Assembly (NCBI RefSeq): GCF_001447785.1 | Contig: NW_015175988.1 | Span: 328,833-392,832 of the forward strand | Origin: Gekko japonicus | Taxonomy: Eukaryota | Direction of reading: 5' to 3' | Length of the DNA stretch: 64,000 nt | Shown here: piece by piece, positions 63,362 through 64,000 of the stretch | How the letters are laid out: the number at the start of each line of letters is the position of its first letter | How positions within the stretch are numbered: the first letter of the stretch is position 1 | Translations under genes and position numbers: made by a program | The notes under the pieces: generated by a model | Databases searched by the model: none | What the model was told of the DNA's origin: nothing | Seen by the model: the letters and a program-made list of their open reading frames with translations, nothing else

Positions 63362-63877
63362 GGTTGTGGTCACACACACCAGTTGAAGCGGAGGGGAAAG
63401 TGAGGCTATCTCCTCCGGAGGAATTTGACCTGCAGTTGCGAGATCACACAGCCCTTTGTAACAGCGGGCGCAGCTCGTCACTGTGTGATCAGATGCAACT
63501 GTGGGTGAGTCGTTCTTTTGGGGGGGCGTGTTTGTTTCCCATGCGCATAAACAAGGAATCATACCACTGCACTGAGGGCCCCCTATGGAGTATGCAATGA
63601 TGCACATACTGCGAAGGGGGGGGGAATGGCACAAAGCCGGAATGGCCTGATCAGACCATCCTAACAGCATGAGTGCATGCCTGTTCGATCAGACAGGGAG
63701 AAGTCCGTCCCTGGCCCGTTGGAACCCGTTTACTACCGGACCTTCCCCTGTGTCTTTTAACTCCGCTTCTGCAGACAATTGCGGGACGCTTCCCAAATGT
63801 TGCTGTCTGATCGTGCCCTTTAGATCTGTCAGGCATTCACAGCTATATTGGATCTAAAGGCGTGTGTGATTGCAGCC
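63362..63877. mobile_element. Older Harbinger-like MITE
   Basis: Imperfect TIRs ggttgtggtcacacacacc / ggcgtgtgtgattgcagcc; TSD not retained. Confidence 0.5.
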
Positions 63878-64000
63878 GAGGTCGCTCAGACCAATAAGTA
63901 AGCCCAGCCAGTTTAGAAGGTATGGGGAATATCACCCGCCCTACTCCTGCCATACTGGTGCATGGAGGCTTCCTTGGCTGAAGTGACTGATAAGCAGAGA

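Overview
Vertebrate genomic DNA from a draft assembly with six N-gaps. The repeat content (Sauria SINEs, Bov-B, L2, CR1, Penelope-type ends, tRNA- and 5S-derived SINEs, many hAT and Harbinger-like MITEs) indicates a squamate reptile, most likely a gecko (inference). No complete gene is present, and the supplied ORF track is almost entirely chance or repeat-derived. The best-supported gene is the 5' end of an unidentified + strand gene: CpG island ~46.1-47.8 kb, exon 1 ending at 46790, and likely exons at 49653-49810 and 62543-62585. A few weak exon candidates lie at 16.4, 31.1 and 35.7 kb. The most notable structures are: (1) three related non-autonomous Helitrons within 5 kb (32.2-37.2 kb), one forming a CpG-island-like patch with an outward-facing CCAAT/CCAAT/TATA arrangement; (2) a dense record of local templated insertions and long duplications at transposon ends; (3) a Penelope-type hammerhead ribozyme relic; (4) hAT MITEs carrying arrays of octamer-like and CACCC motifs.
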